From assembly GCA_963796275.1 (NCBI GenBank), contig CAWCKY010000005.1, positions 1 to 17,912 of the forward strand: DNA of 17,912 nt. Reading direction: 5' to 3'. Below the pieces are notes generated by a model that made no database searches, had not been told where the DNA came from, and saw nothing but the letters and a program-made list of their open reading frames with translations. The position numbers and the translations under genes were made by a program. Below, piece after piece: positions 1 to 9,137 of this stretch. The stretch comes from an uncultured Acidobacteriota bacterium (GTDB lineage Bacteria > Acidobacteriota > Blastocatellia > RBC074). Each line of letters begins with the position of its first letter. Position 1 is the stretch's first letter.

Positions 1-386
1 GCTGGTTAGTTGGATAGAATCTGTACTTAAAGGCCTTCTGTACTAGCACAAAGGTATTTTAGATTTTACTGGCAGCTATTGTAATGAGCGTTAATCGTGG
101 ACAAGAAGCCCACGATGCGAAATTCATCTCCATCCAAGCTCGCCAAGATGCTCTATATGGATGGAGTATTCTTTCGCGAATGATAACTTCGAACAACGAC
201 AAAATGGGCCAAAGATGAAGAGCTATAGATCACTCTATACCATTTGAACAGCCTTTTTCATTCCAGGCAGCTCTAGTAAATTTTAATTCAGCAATATATA
301 TATCAGCCGAAATTTTCCACGTCTTATAGGCATGAAGATCAGCGACTAATTGAAGAGTATGATAATAAAAGATAATTGAAAAACGT

Positions 387-562
387 TCTGGTTCCTGAGC
401 GCCAGCGGCGCGGGATGTTTATCGAACTCGTTCTCCCAAATCACACAAGCTCCGGAGGAGGAGCAAACATACAGGCATTCATAGCTCGCTCCTCCTCCGG
501 AGCTTGTGCGACTTGGGTAATCGAATGCTAGATACATCAGGCTCCTCCGGAGCAAATCAGAA
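387..562. repeat. REP/REPIN-like nested palindromic element
   Basis: Perfect 21-bp inverted repeat CACAAGCTCCGGAGGAGGAGC (444-464) / GCTCCTCCTCCGGAGCTTGTG (488-508), extendable to 435-517 with 2 mismatches. A further GCTCCTCCGGAGC copy lies at 541-553 and a degenerate outer partner at ~398-426, giving two forward and two reverse units. Confidence 0.75.
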
Positions 563-728
563 ACTGTTGACAGTAACCAACTTTACTTTGCACAGTCATC
601 AATTAATTCATGTCATTTATGCACCAGTATGAACGGAAAGAGACATATAAATCAGCCGTAAGCCAACTCACCGCCTAATCACCAAGCCATCCATTGGTTC
701 TCATATCGACTGGAGGAGCCATTTGCCT

Positions 729-952
729 ATGAAAACTATCCCATTTCTGACAACCGTCCTATGCCTCAGTCCCTTCTCATATCTGTTCGCGCCGGAGAAT
801 GTTATGGCTCAACCATCAACCCCAATAACATCTTTCGGGGAATAAAGTTGGCGATCCCCTGGAGCCGGCGCCCAATGCTGCACATCTTCTATCGTCAAGA
901 AAGGAAATTTTTTCAATCTGCTGATCGAAACGAGAACACTTATTGTCTTTAA
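729..952 (+). pseudogene. Short or frameshifted ORF for a putative secreted protein
   Basis: GGAGG at 712-716 precedes ATG 729. MKTIPFLTTVLCLSPFSYLFAPENVMAQP resembles a Sec signal peptide, but the frame stops at 843-845. A neighbouring frame continues FRGIK..., suggesting a frameshift near 833-840. The 3' end is uncertain. Confidence 0.35.
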
Positions 953-1045
953 ATCAAACACGGGGATGACGCAGAGATTAAACGAGGCACATCGTACTGT
1001 TGATTACCTCCGGCGAGTTGTAATGCCGAGTTATAACAATGAACG

Positions 1046-1088
1046 AAGAGTGGGGAAAAATCGATCGATTTCTCCCCACTCTTGTTTT
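1046..1088 (+). terminator. Near-perfect 38-bp palindrome, possible intrinsic terminator
   Basis: AAGAGTGGGGAAAAATCGA|TCGATTTCTCCCCACTCTT (1046-1083) pairs at 18 of 19 positions and is followed by GTTTT. Confidence 0.5.
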
Positions 1089-1141
1089 CGAGTAGACCAA
1101 TATTTGATTGAGTAGAATTAAAAATGAAAACCTATTGAGTA

Positions 1142-1439
1142 CTCTGTAACTTAAGATTTTTGATATTGCTATAGCCCGCGAAGCGGGCGATAGGATAAAG
1201 CCCAGGGTGTAGCCGAAGGCGGAACCCTGGGTGAGTCATGATAAATTGATTCAAGCCCATGAAATGGGCGACAGAGTTTGGGATCAACCACGCAATTTTA
1301 AGGGCTATCGCCCACTTCGTGGGCTCCCGCGACATGGTGACGAGATACCCAGGGTTCCGGCTTCGCCTCCACCCTGGGCTTTATCCTATTGCCCGCTTCG
1401 CGGGCTACAGCAATATATCAAAAATCTTAAGTTACAGAG
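1142..1439. mobile_element. MITE (non-autonomous IS derivative) with target-site duplication
   Basis: 25-bp perfect terminal inverted repeats CTCTGTAACTTAAGATTTTTGATAT (1142-1166 / 1415-1439), flanked by the direct repeat TATTGAGTA at 1133-1141 and 1440-1448. An alternative reading has ends at 1140/1441 with a 5-bp TTGAG duplication. No transposase is encoded inside. Confidence 0.85.
1173..1406. repeat. REP-like hairpin cluster inside the MITE
   Basis: Hairpins GCCCGC-GAA-GCGGGC (1174-1188), GCCCAT-GAA-ATGGGC (1255-1269), GCCCAC-TTC-GTGGGC (1310-1324) and GCCCGC-TTC-GCGGGC (1391-1405). CCCAGGGT...ACCCTGGG stems lie at 1201-1231 and 1348-1378. Confidence 0.8.
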
Positions 1440-1570
1440 TATTGAGTATCAGGTATGATTTTTGCCAACGGTACTTTCGCCACCCACAGTTAGGTTGTAC
1501 CTCGCTCTATTGTGCCCTCTTCAGATTTACCACCGCTTTTATTCAATATATTTAACAGCAGGGATCTAGA

Positions 1571-3855
1571 ATGTTAAATCAGCATATAGGTATGCCGCTC
1601 TTGGCCGCTCAGCGCGAAGTTTGGTTAGCACAGAAGGTCGATCCCGACAATCCTACCTACAACATCGGTCAATACATAGATATTCGAGGAGCGATTGATC
1701 CTACTTTTTTCGAGACTGCGGTACAAAAGGTTCTTGAGGAGGCTGAAGCGCTTCGGGTTTGGATTTCCGAGGAGATTGATGGCCCGCGGCAAGTCATTGA
1801 TGATTCTCGGAATTGGTCGATGCCTTTTATCGATCTCAGTGAAGAATTGGACCCCGAGGCGGCTGCTCTTGATTGGATGAAGACCGATCTGGCTCGGGTA
1901 ATCGATCTGACAAGTGCCCCGTTTTTCAACTTTGTCCTACTCAAGACGGGCCCTGAGCGGTTTTTTTGGTACCAGCGGTATCATCATATTGTAAATGATG
2001 GCTTCGGTGCCTGATATTGTAAATGATGGCTTCGGTGCCTGGCTCATTGCGCGACGCGTTGCTGAGATTTACACATCAAGAGCAAATAATCTACCAGACA
2101 ATGACAGCCCTCTTGGTTCTCTGCGGCTTCTTCTCGAGGATGAAAAAAAATACCGCGCGTCAGAGCCGTTCGCGAGAGATCAAAAGTATTGGGTGGAAGG
2201 TTTGGCCGAGATGCCAGAGCCGGTAAGCCTTGCAGATAAGCCACCAGTCAAGTCCGCAGCTTTCTACGCCAGACTGGGTATATTCAGCCCGCCGGTGCGG
2301 ATATGCTGCGGATGGTTGCGTCCCGCGCCGGGTCAACTTTGTCTCAGATCATTACTGCAGCGATAGCTGCCTATCTCAATCGATTGACGGGTGCGGATGA
2401 AATTATCCTCGGTATGACTGTCACCGCCCGCCTCGGGGCAGTCACGCGAAACTTGGGTATGTTGTCAAACGTGTTGCCGTTGCGATTGATGGCGTGCGCA
2501 GACATGACGGTCTCTCAACTCATACAACAGGGCGGACAGAAAAGCCGGCAGGGACTGCGCCACCAACGTTATAGGTCGGAGGAGCTGAGTCGGGAACTCG
2601 GCCTCACCGCCGCGAATCGGAGGTTGTTCGGTCCAACGGTCAACGTCATGTTGTTCGACTACGACCTATCTTTTTCCGGCCATTCGGCAACTACGCATAA
2701 TCTTTCAACCGGAGTGGCCGAAGATATTTCGATCGTCGTCTATGGCAGATCCGAGGATGGCGGACTGCGGGTTGACTTCGATGCGAACCCGAATCTCTAC
2801 ACAATCGATGATCTGCTGACCCATCAACGAAGATTTTTGATGTTTTTAGAGACAGTAGCGGGTAATCCCGAAGAGCGGATAGGACGCATCGACTTGCTGA
2901 CAGCCGAGGAGCGGAGACAGATACTGGAAGCGCGGAACAAGACGGCGCGCGCGATTCCGCAGGTGACGCTGGTGGAGCTGTTCGAGGAGCAAGTGCGGAG
3001 AACACCCGAGGCGGAGGCAGTGATTTATGAGGAGCAGGAGCTAACCTACAGAGAGTTGAATGAGCGGGCCAATCGCTTGGCGCACCTGCTGATCGGTGAG
3101 GGAGTTGGGCCGGAGGTGGTGGTTGCGCTGGCCCTGCCGCGGTCGCTGGAGATGGTGGTGGCGCTGCTGGGGATACTGAAGGCCGGGGCCGCTTATCTGC
3201 CGATCGACGCAGACTATCCTGCGCAGCGGCTGGCCTATATGCTGGAGGATGCGCAGCCGTACTGTGTGCTCACCATGACCGAGTTCACGTCACGGCTGAA
3301 TGGCGGCCGTCACCTGCTCCATCTTGACGGGCAGGAGATGATCGACGCACTAGCCCGCTGCCCGACGAACAATCCTGGAGATCAGAATCGTGCAACCACA
3401 CTCGCTCCGATAACCCCCGCTTATGTCATCTATACTTCCGGTTCCACAGGGGCTCCTAAGGGCGTAGTCATCCCGCACTCGGCGATTGTCAACAAGATCA
3501 GCACGCTCATCGGCTACCTTGATATTTCCCAGGCAACGCGTTATGCCGCGACATCTCCCATCATCTTTGACCCGTTGTTGGAGCAGATATTCTGCCCGCT
3601 CTGTGCGGGCGGGACATCAGTGATCGTTCCCGATAGCATCCGTGATGATGCTGAGCGCTTTAGCGCATATGCTGTAGAGCATCGGCTCTCGGTGCTTGAT
3701 CTCACCCCTGGCCTAGTGGAGCATCTGATACAAAATGGCAGTTGGACTGTTCGACTTGATGCTCTCATAGTCGGTGGCGATGTTCTTCCAGTTGACATAG
3801 CGAATGAGGGAGTCGTGGGTGAGCTCTACCTGGCTGGTGCCGGGCTGGCGCGCGT
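1571..3855 (+). pseudogene. Non-ribosomal peptide synthetase remnant: N-terminal (starter-like) condensation domain plus truncated adenylation domain
   Basis: C-domain start PLLAAQREVWL and catalytic HHIVNDG. A-domain motifs LTYRELNERANRLA (A1), LKAGAAYLPID (A2), YVIYTSGSTGAPKG (A3), FDP (A4), GELYLAGAGLAR (A6). Broken by a 28-bp duplication (1986-2041) and a 1-bp frameshift near 2262. A5 (NxYGPTE) is missing, and A7-A10 and the T domain are absent. Confidence 0.9.
1986..2041 (+). repeat. Exact 28-bp tandem duplication
   Basis: ATATTGTAAATGATGGCTTCGGTGCCTG occurs at 1986-2013 and 2014-2041, creating TGA at 2012-2014. Confidence 0.95.
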
Positions 3856-4711
3856 ATGGTGTCAGAGGCAGTCGAAGAAGACTTCGACACACAGTTTTCG
3901 CGCGCCAAGGTACGGTCATTCGACGGAGCAATGCTGCGCAGCTATAGCGCAGGAGCGCCGCGACAAAGGGCGGTAGTGCTGGTATCTGCGTGCGGCATGC
4001 CGGCGAAGCTATGCGAGCGCTGGATGCGCTTTCTGGGCGAAAATCATTTTGTCATCACTTGGGAAAGCCGCCTGTTGTTTGAAGATCTCACGGCGGACCA
4101 AGAGTGGGCGTATGATGTGGACGCGCATGTTGCGGACCTATTTGCCGTCATGGACCATTATGGCGTGCAGTATGCGCACCTGATGGGACTTTGCGGCGGG
4201 GCAGTGGTAGCGATCGCCGCGGCGGCAAAACGGCGCGATCGGGTTCAATCACTGAGCTTGTGGCATGGCGATTATGAGCTCGGTTCCGAAGACGAGACAC
4301 CAGAATGACCTACAGGCGTTGATGGCTGTCGTCGCCAGCAGCCAATCGCAGGCTGAATATATCCACCAGGTATTCTCGTACAGCATGCCAAAGAACCTCC
4401 GCAAAATATTGCGCACATCGTGCTATATCCGTATGCAAACGCGAAACTGCTGCATCGCTACGGCAAGTCGAACGGAGACATCATGCAGACGAACGTGTCA
4501 TCGCTGCTTAGCCAGGTGACGCAAACGTCACTCGTGGTCACGAGTAACGATGACAATACGGCGCACCCAGCCGGATCTAGGTTCGTCGCCGAGCGGCTTC
4601 CGAACGCGCGTTTGCAAATGGAAAAGCACGGCGACCATCTATCTCTTTTTCGACGCGCGAAGTCATGTGACCGAAGCGGCGTCGAGGTTCCTTGAAATTG
4701 TCGGTTACTAG
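3856..4711 (+). pseudogene. SyrC/CmaE-like alpha/beta-hydrolase-fold aminoacyl transferase, frameshifted and possibly 5'-truncated
   Basis: The nucleophile elbow reads HLMGLCGGA (GxCxG, Cys codon 4192-4194), followed by SLSLWHGDY, LYPYAN, DDNTAHP (acid residue) and HGDH (His). Reconstruction needs frame changes near 4288, 4402 and 4650; the restored stop is TAG 4709-4711. Confidence 0.75.
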
Positions 4712-4792
4712 CCCGGAGAAACTTGTCCGACAGAGAAGCTGAAAGTGACCAGGGACATTCCTGTAACGTTCCAAAGTCCGGGGCTTATCTAG

Positions 4793-4981
4793 CGACTGGG
4801 TTTGAATATCATCGAGGTCGGATGTGGATATTCATTGCTTGTTACTGCTGAAGTAAACCGCTGGTTTTTTGACAATCGGATACACTTCACCTGCGTCGAA
4901 CCGTATGCACAGCAATTTCTCGTCGACGGGGTACCTGGCATCTCTGAGCTCGGGGCAATCGCCTTATATTCGGACTTTTGA
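4793..4981 (+). pseudogene. Class I SAM-dependent methyltransferase fragment (Methyltransf_24-like)
   Basis: Not in the ORF track. Frame 2 reads RLGLNIIEVGCGYSLLVTAEVNRWFFDNRIHFTCVEPYAQQFLVDGVPGISEL, with motif I (IEVGCG) and the acidic post-beta2 residue (CVEPY). Bounded by stops at 4790-4792 and 4979-4981. Confidence 0.65.
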
Positions 4982-5073
4982 GCGATCGAGATTAATGACA
5001 GCACAGCGCTCCGTTTCGAACAGTTTCAGTCAATCTCCGGAATACCGCATCTTCGACATCGGGTCGATCGTGG

Positions 5074-8000
5074 TCAAAGGGCGCTTGTAAAAACTGCTCG
5101 CTTGATGCGACCGCCTATCGATACGATCCTGGCTGAACCGCGCCTGATCAGGTTGCTTGCGCCGGCAAACAGCAAGAGAAGGCCCAAGAGACTCCAGGCG
5201 GCACCCGTGCGGAAGCTGTGTGCGCGGAAAACGAACTCGATGTGGTGGTCGCCGGCGGGAACAGACAGGCCGCGCAGTGAATAATTCACCCTCTCGACCG
5301 GAAATTGCGCCCCGTCAACCCGGGCCTCCCAGCCGGGATAGAAGATTTCGCTCAGGACCAGAAAGCCAGGCTGAGAATTCTTCGTCTGTATCTCGATCCG
5401 TTGTGGCTCGTAGCGTGTAAGCTTCGCCTCAGCGTTTGCCGGATCGCCGATCTGCGGCGGCGTCGGTTCTCGACCGGCGAATCTCTCTCGCTCAAGCAAG
5501 ACCGTCTCCGCCGGATCGAATCGCGAGCCATCTTTCAGCCTCCCATTTCTGATTATCTGTAGCGCATCAGCGCCCGGCTCGATGACCGCGCGCCGTGCAA
5601 ACCAGGCGCGCGGAAGAGATTTTGTATTCTCAAAAAGCTCGACCTCATTGAACCCGGCAATCTTGCGCCAACGATCAGCGGGCAAATCCATGCAGATAAT
5701 GAGCGGCGTCGATCGTCCGGTCTCGGCGTCTTGGAACGATGCCCGATGGAACATCACATTGGCGTCTTCGTCTTCGCCTTCGTATTTAAAAGCGACTTGC
5801 TCGATCTCGGATCGTTCGAAGGGAATGCGCGCAATATATCGCTGCCCCACAAAGCCGTCAGCGGGATAAGTTTCAATGACAGGAGCGCGGTCGTGTTTGA
5901 TGGATGCACGAACATCCGGCCGCTCATAGGCCCATTCCGAAGTATGCTCTCCGGCTCGCAGTTGGCGTTCGATAACGCGCCCGTCTTTGGTGTAGAGACT
6001 GATCGTCACGATGGGCGCTCCGTTCGGAATTTGAGGCGAATTTCCCATCGAGGAGATGATCGCCAATTCAGTCGCCATCGCGTTCACCCTGGCATTCCCC
6101 CGGACGCCCGGCTCCAATTTGAAGTATATCGGTGTTTCCAGGAAGCGTATCCTGTCACGCTCGATGGTGGGCGCGCCGTTCCCGATATCGGGCTGTTCGA
6201 TCAACAGGTATTTCACATTGAGCAGATTGAATGATTGATCATCAGAGCCGAAGGCGCTTGGTCTCTGTACGTCCCCACCCATTGATATATCGCCCGACAG
6301 AGCCGCGTAGCGTAAAATATACATCGGGTCATATCCGTTGGCGCTTTGCAAACCGCGCGCGATCGAGTTGTTCATGGCGTCGAGCAGGTCTGCATTCTCC
6401 GAATTCATTAATACAGGAAAACTGTGACTGAGCACACGGAAAGAATTGAGGTCGGGCTCGCGCTCCTTGATTAATTTTACCGTGGGCGGGTCGGCGAGCC
6501 TCTCGGCGGGATTCGATGAAGCGATCCGCCATTCGTAAAAGAACCCGAACGACGCGATATCCGCGAAAAGCACCGCGACCATCGCCGTTCCCGTCACGTT
6601 TTTCAGAATCGTGGATCGTTTTCTGCACAGCGCGTAGAAAAAGACCGCTGCGGCGCTCAGGACGAAAAAGATAACCGGGATCAGAAATTCGGGATTCGAA
6701 GTCGATTTTGCGCCCGCAGGCAACGGCGTCTCCACGACGAGATAGTCAGCGAATTGTAGATAGGCGACTGCGGTAATAAGGACAAGCAGAGCCATCACTC
6801 CGACTCCGGACCTGATCGCGCGCCATATAAAATCGCTACTGTTACGTGAAACCCAGGTCACGCCCAATCCTGCAAGTGCGCCGCAAGCGAAGTTGAATTC
6901 GAGCAGATGCCGGCCAGGGCTGCGGAACAGGTTGTAGCCGGGCACATGGTAGAACGCCTGATAAATATCGAAAGGCAAGTAACGGCCGAACGCAAGGAAC
7001 ATCGCCATGACCGCGCAAAATCCCCAGAACCAGACCAGGCGGTTGGAATTCTTTTGCTTAAAATGTCCGATCAACGCAATCAGGCCGAAGATCATAACCG
7101 ACATTCCGACATACCCCGCGGTCTCGGTCACGTTCCAGTTCCCCCAATAACCGATCTTGTATGGGGTCGCCAGACCGCCGCCGTAAAAATAGGGGAAGAT
7201 CATCTGAAAAAGCTGCCAAGGTGGGAAAGAGCCGATGGTGAAATAATCATAAGTAAGAGCGGCGCGCTCCCCCTGCTTCACCAATTCAAGGCTCGGCATA
7301 AGTTGAATCGCCGAGAGCAAGATGCCGCAGACGGACATAGCGAGAGAGGTGAACAAGAATCGCATGCGCCGTTCCTTCTCTTCACGCAGTATGAGCGAAA
7401 AAAGCCCGTATGCCCCGGCGACCATCGCCGTGTAACAGCTCATTTGCGGCTCGCCGGCGAGAAGCTGCAGCACGATAAACAGAAGATCCGAGCGCGACCC
7501 AGCGCCATCGAGCTTCCAGATAGAGTTCTTCAATCGCCAGCACGATCCACGGCAGCCAGGCCGCCGCCGCAATCCGATCGGATTGGGCCAAGATGCGCGG
7601 TCATATAACCCCCGAAGGCGAACGCGATTCCCGCGATCATCGAACCGACACGATTACAACCGATGCGCCGCGCGTAGAGGTAGGCGCCGATCAGCGCGAC
7701 ATGATAGGTTGTGATCACCATCCAGTTCATCGCTTTAATCGGTGAAAAAATCGCGAACAGCCATGACGGAGGATAGAACGCTCCCGATACGATCGCCGCC
7801 ATCAAAGGCATTCCACTAAAGAGATATGGATTCCACAATGGCAGATCGCCATTTCTGATCACCTCGCCGATCAATATGCGATGGCCCAGAATCAGAGTCC
7901 ATGCCGTCGCCGGGTGCGAGTATGGCTTTGCCCATCACCGCCGGGTAGAAAAAGACGAGCGGCAGTAAGACTAGTGTGACGGCGGTTATAATACGCGCCC

Positions 8001-8079
8001 GATCGCCGGTAGATTCTTTTTCTGCTAGGAGCTTATCATCCAATTTTTCCCGTAGATCTTCTGTTTTAAGTACTTTCAT
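5074..8079 (-). CDS. YfhO-like polytopic membrane protein (GT-C-type glycosyltransferase), about 1000 aa, with frameshifts in the 5' part
   Basis: Joined from ORFs 8079-7816, 7874-7530, 7591-7382 and 7572-5074. Motifs include GDLPLWNPYLFSGMPL, AFAFGGYMTAHL, LLAGEPQ, LSAIQLMP, FRSPGR, SLPRAWF, GFLVLSEIFYPGWEARVDG and GDHHIEFVF, with many TM segments and a C-terminal TM helix. Confidence 0.8.
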
Positions 8080-8143
8080 AGCTTCGAGTGATTTGTGAAT
8101 GCGAATCTGATGTCAGGGCACATCGTCCAGGTTCACGGTGGCG

Positions 8144-8947
8144 TCACCTCTGCGTGCGCTTCCGCATGAGCACGTACATCCCGCGGGTGAGCAGTTCCTC
8201 GCGCGAGTACGTCTTTAAGGCAAGCTCCCAGTTCTCATGCGAGAGGTGGGCCTCGTCGACGACACCGCTCCATGACTGCTGCGCGAGGACATGGAGACCG
8301 AGCTCTTCGGCGCGGATGCCAAACAGTCGCTGATAGACCTCGAGGCGCTTGCGGTTCATCGCCCAGCGAAAGTCGTTCACCTCCCAGTCCTCCGCGCCTG
8401 CCTCGCGCATCTTCGCCACGAACTGCTCCTCGTCAAGCACCAGATGCGCCCACGGCTCCGGCACCCGGTGTTGGAAATGGTTGCCGGTGTCCGCCGTCCA
8501 GATCGGGTCGAATGAGATGTAGGCATGCCCGCCGGGTCGCAAGACCCGCGCCATCTCGGCCAGGGCGAGATTCGGATCCGGGATGTGTTCGAAAGCGTTC
8601 ACCGAGCAGATGAAATCAAACCACCCGTCGCGATACATCAGGCGCGTCGCGTCGGTGACGTCGAAGGCGAAGCGATCGACCGGCAGGTGATGGCTGTGTC
8701 GCTCGAGCTTCTCGGCGAGGAGTTTCGCGAACTCGCCCCCATAGCGGGCCTGCTGATCGATTATGTCGGCACAATGCACGCGTTTAGCCCGCGACGCGAG
8801 CAGGCCTGCGCGGAGGCCACCGCCGCCGCCGACATCGCAGACGGTCGCCGTCGGCCAGTCTAAGAAGACGCCGCAGGCTGCGAGGGTCGCATCCATATTC
8901 ACTATCTGTGTACGGTGTTCGGTGAAATCTGCTGCCTCATCATACAT
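8144..8947 (-). CDS. Class I SAM-dependent methyltransferase (267 aa)
   Basis: Intact ORF with VCDVGGGGG (motif I), HCADI, and FDFICSVNAFEHIPDP...LAEMARVLRPGG. A purine-rich RBS (GAGGGA) lies just upstream of the ATG. Confidence 0.9.
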   Translation of the reverse strand: MYDEAADFTEHRTQIVNMDATLAACGVFLDWPTATVCDVGGGGGLRAGLLASRAKRVHCADIIDQQARYGGEFAKLLAEKLERHSHHLPVDRFAFDVTDATRLMYRDGWFDFICSVNAFEHIPDPNLALAEMARVLRPGGHAYISFDPIWTADTGNHFQHRVPEPWAHLVLDEEQFVAKMREAGAEDWEVNDFRWAMNRKRLEVYQRLFGIRAEELGLHVLAQQSWSGVVDEAHLSHENWELALKTYSREELLTRGMYVLMRKRTQR

Positions 8948-9137
8948 GGCAATCCCTCGCTTCCTCGCGCCCCGGTTGGGACGCGGCGGCGTCGCGCAGC
9001 ATACGTTTCGATGCGCTCCGCTATACGCAATCGGTCAAGTGAAAAAAACAAGGCCGCTTGAAGTCGCCGACCGAGCGCATTTGTTGCGGCGCGGCGAATC
9101 TTTTCGCTCTGGGCTAAAGATCAGCGCCAATTTGAAA

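Noticed and set aside
1-375. Possible 3' end of an AT-rich + strand gene ending ...RHEDQRLIEEYDNKR*
   Set aside because: No continuous frame and no recognisable motif; it would need several assumed frameshifts.
346-555. 69-aa minus-strand ORF
   Set aside because: It lies over the REP-like palindrome and has no protein features.
1142-1439. CRISPR array or structured ncRNA
   Set aside because: The repeats are inverted rather than direct with unique spacers, no cas genes are present, and TIR plus TSD explain the structure better.
1132-1555. ORFs 1132-1335(-), 1231-1458(+) and 1259-1555(+) sharing PGFRLRLHPGLYPIARFAGYS
   Set aside because: The shared peptide results from translating the two arms of the MITE inverted repeat, so these are not real genes.
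3856-4308. Calling the hydrolase an NRPS thioesterase domain
   Set aside because: It is out of frame with the NRPS, no T domain precedes it, and it has GxCxG with SyrC-like flanking motifs rather than the usual GxSxG.
4772-4980. Short inverted match AAAGTCCG / CGGACTTT flanking the methyltransferase fragment, and a possible IS end near 5020-5038
   Set aside because: Only 8 bp with no target duplication or partner end; compatible with chance.
8995-9050. Possible sigma70 promoter for the methyltransferase (TTGACC or TTGCGT with TATGCT on the minus strand)
   Set aside because: The spacing between the candidate -35 and -10 boxes does not fit 16-18 bp.
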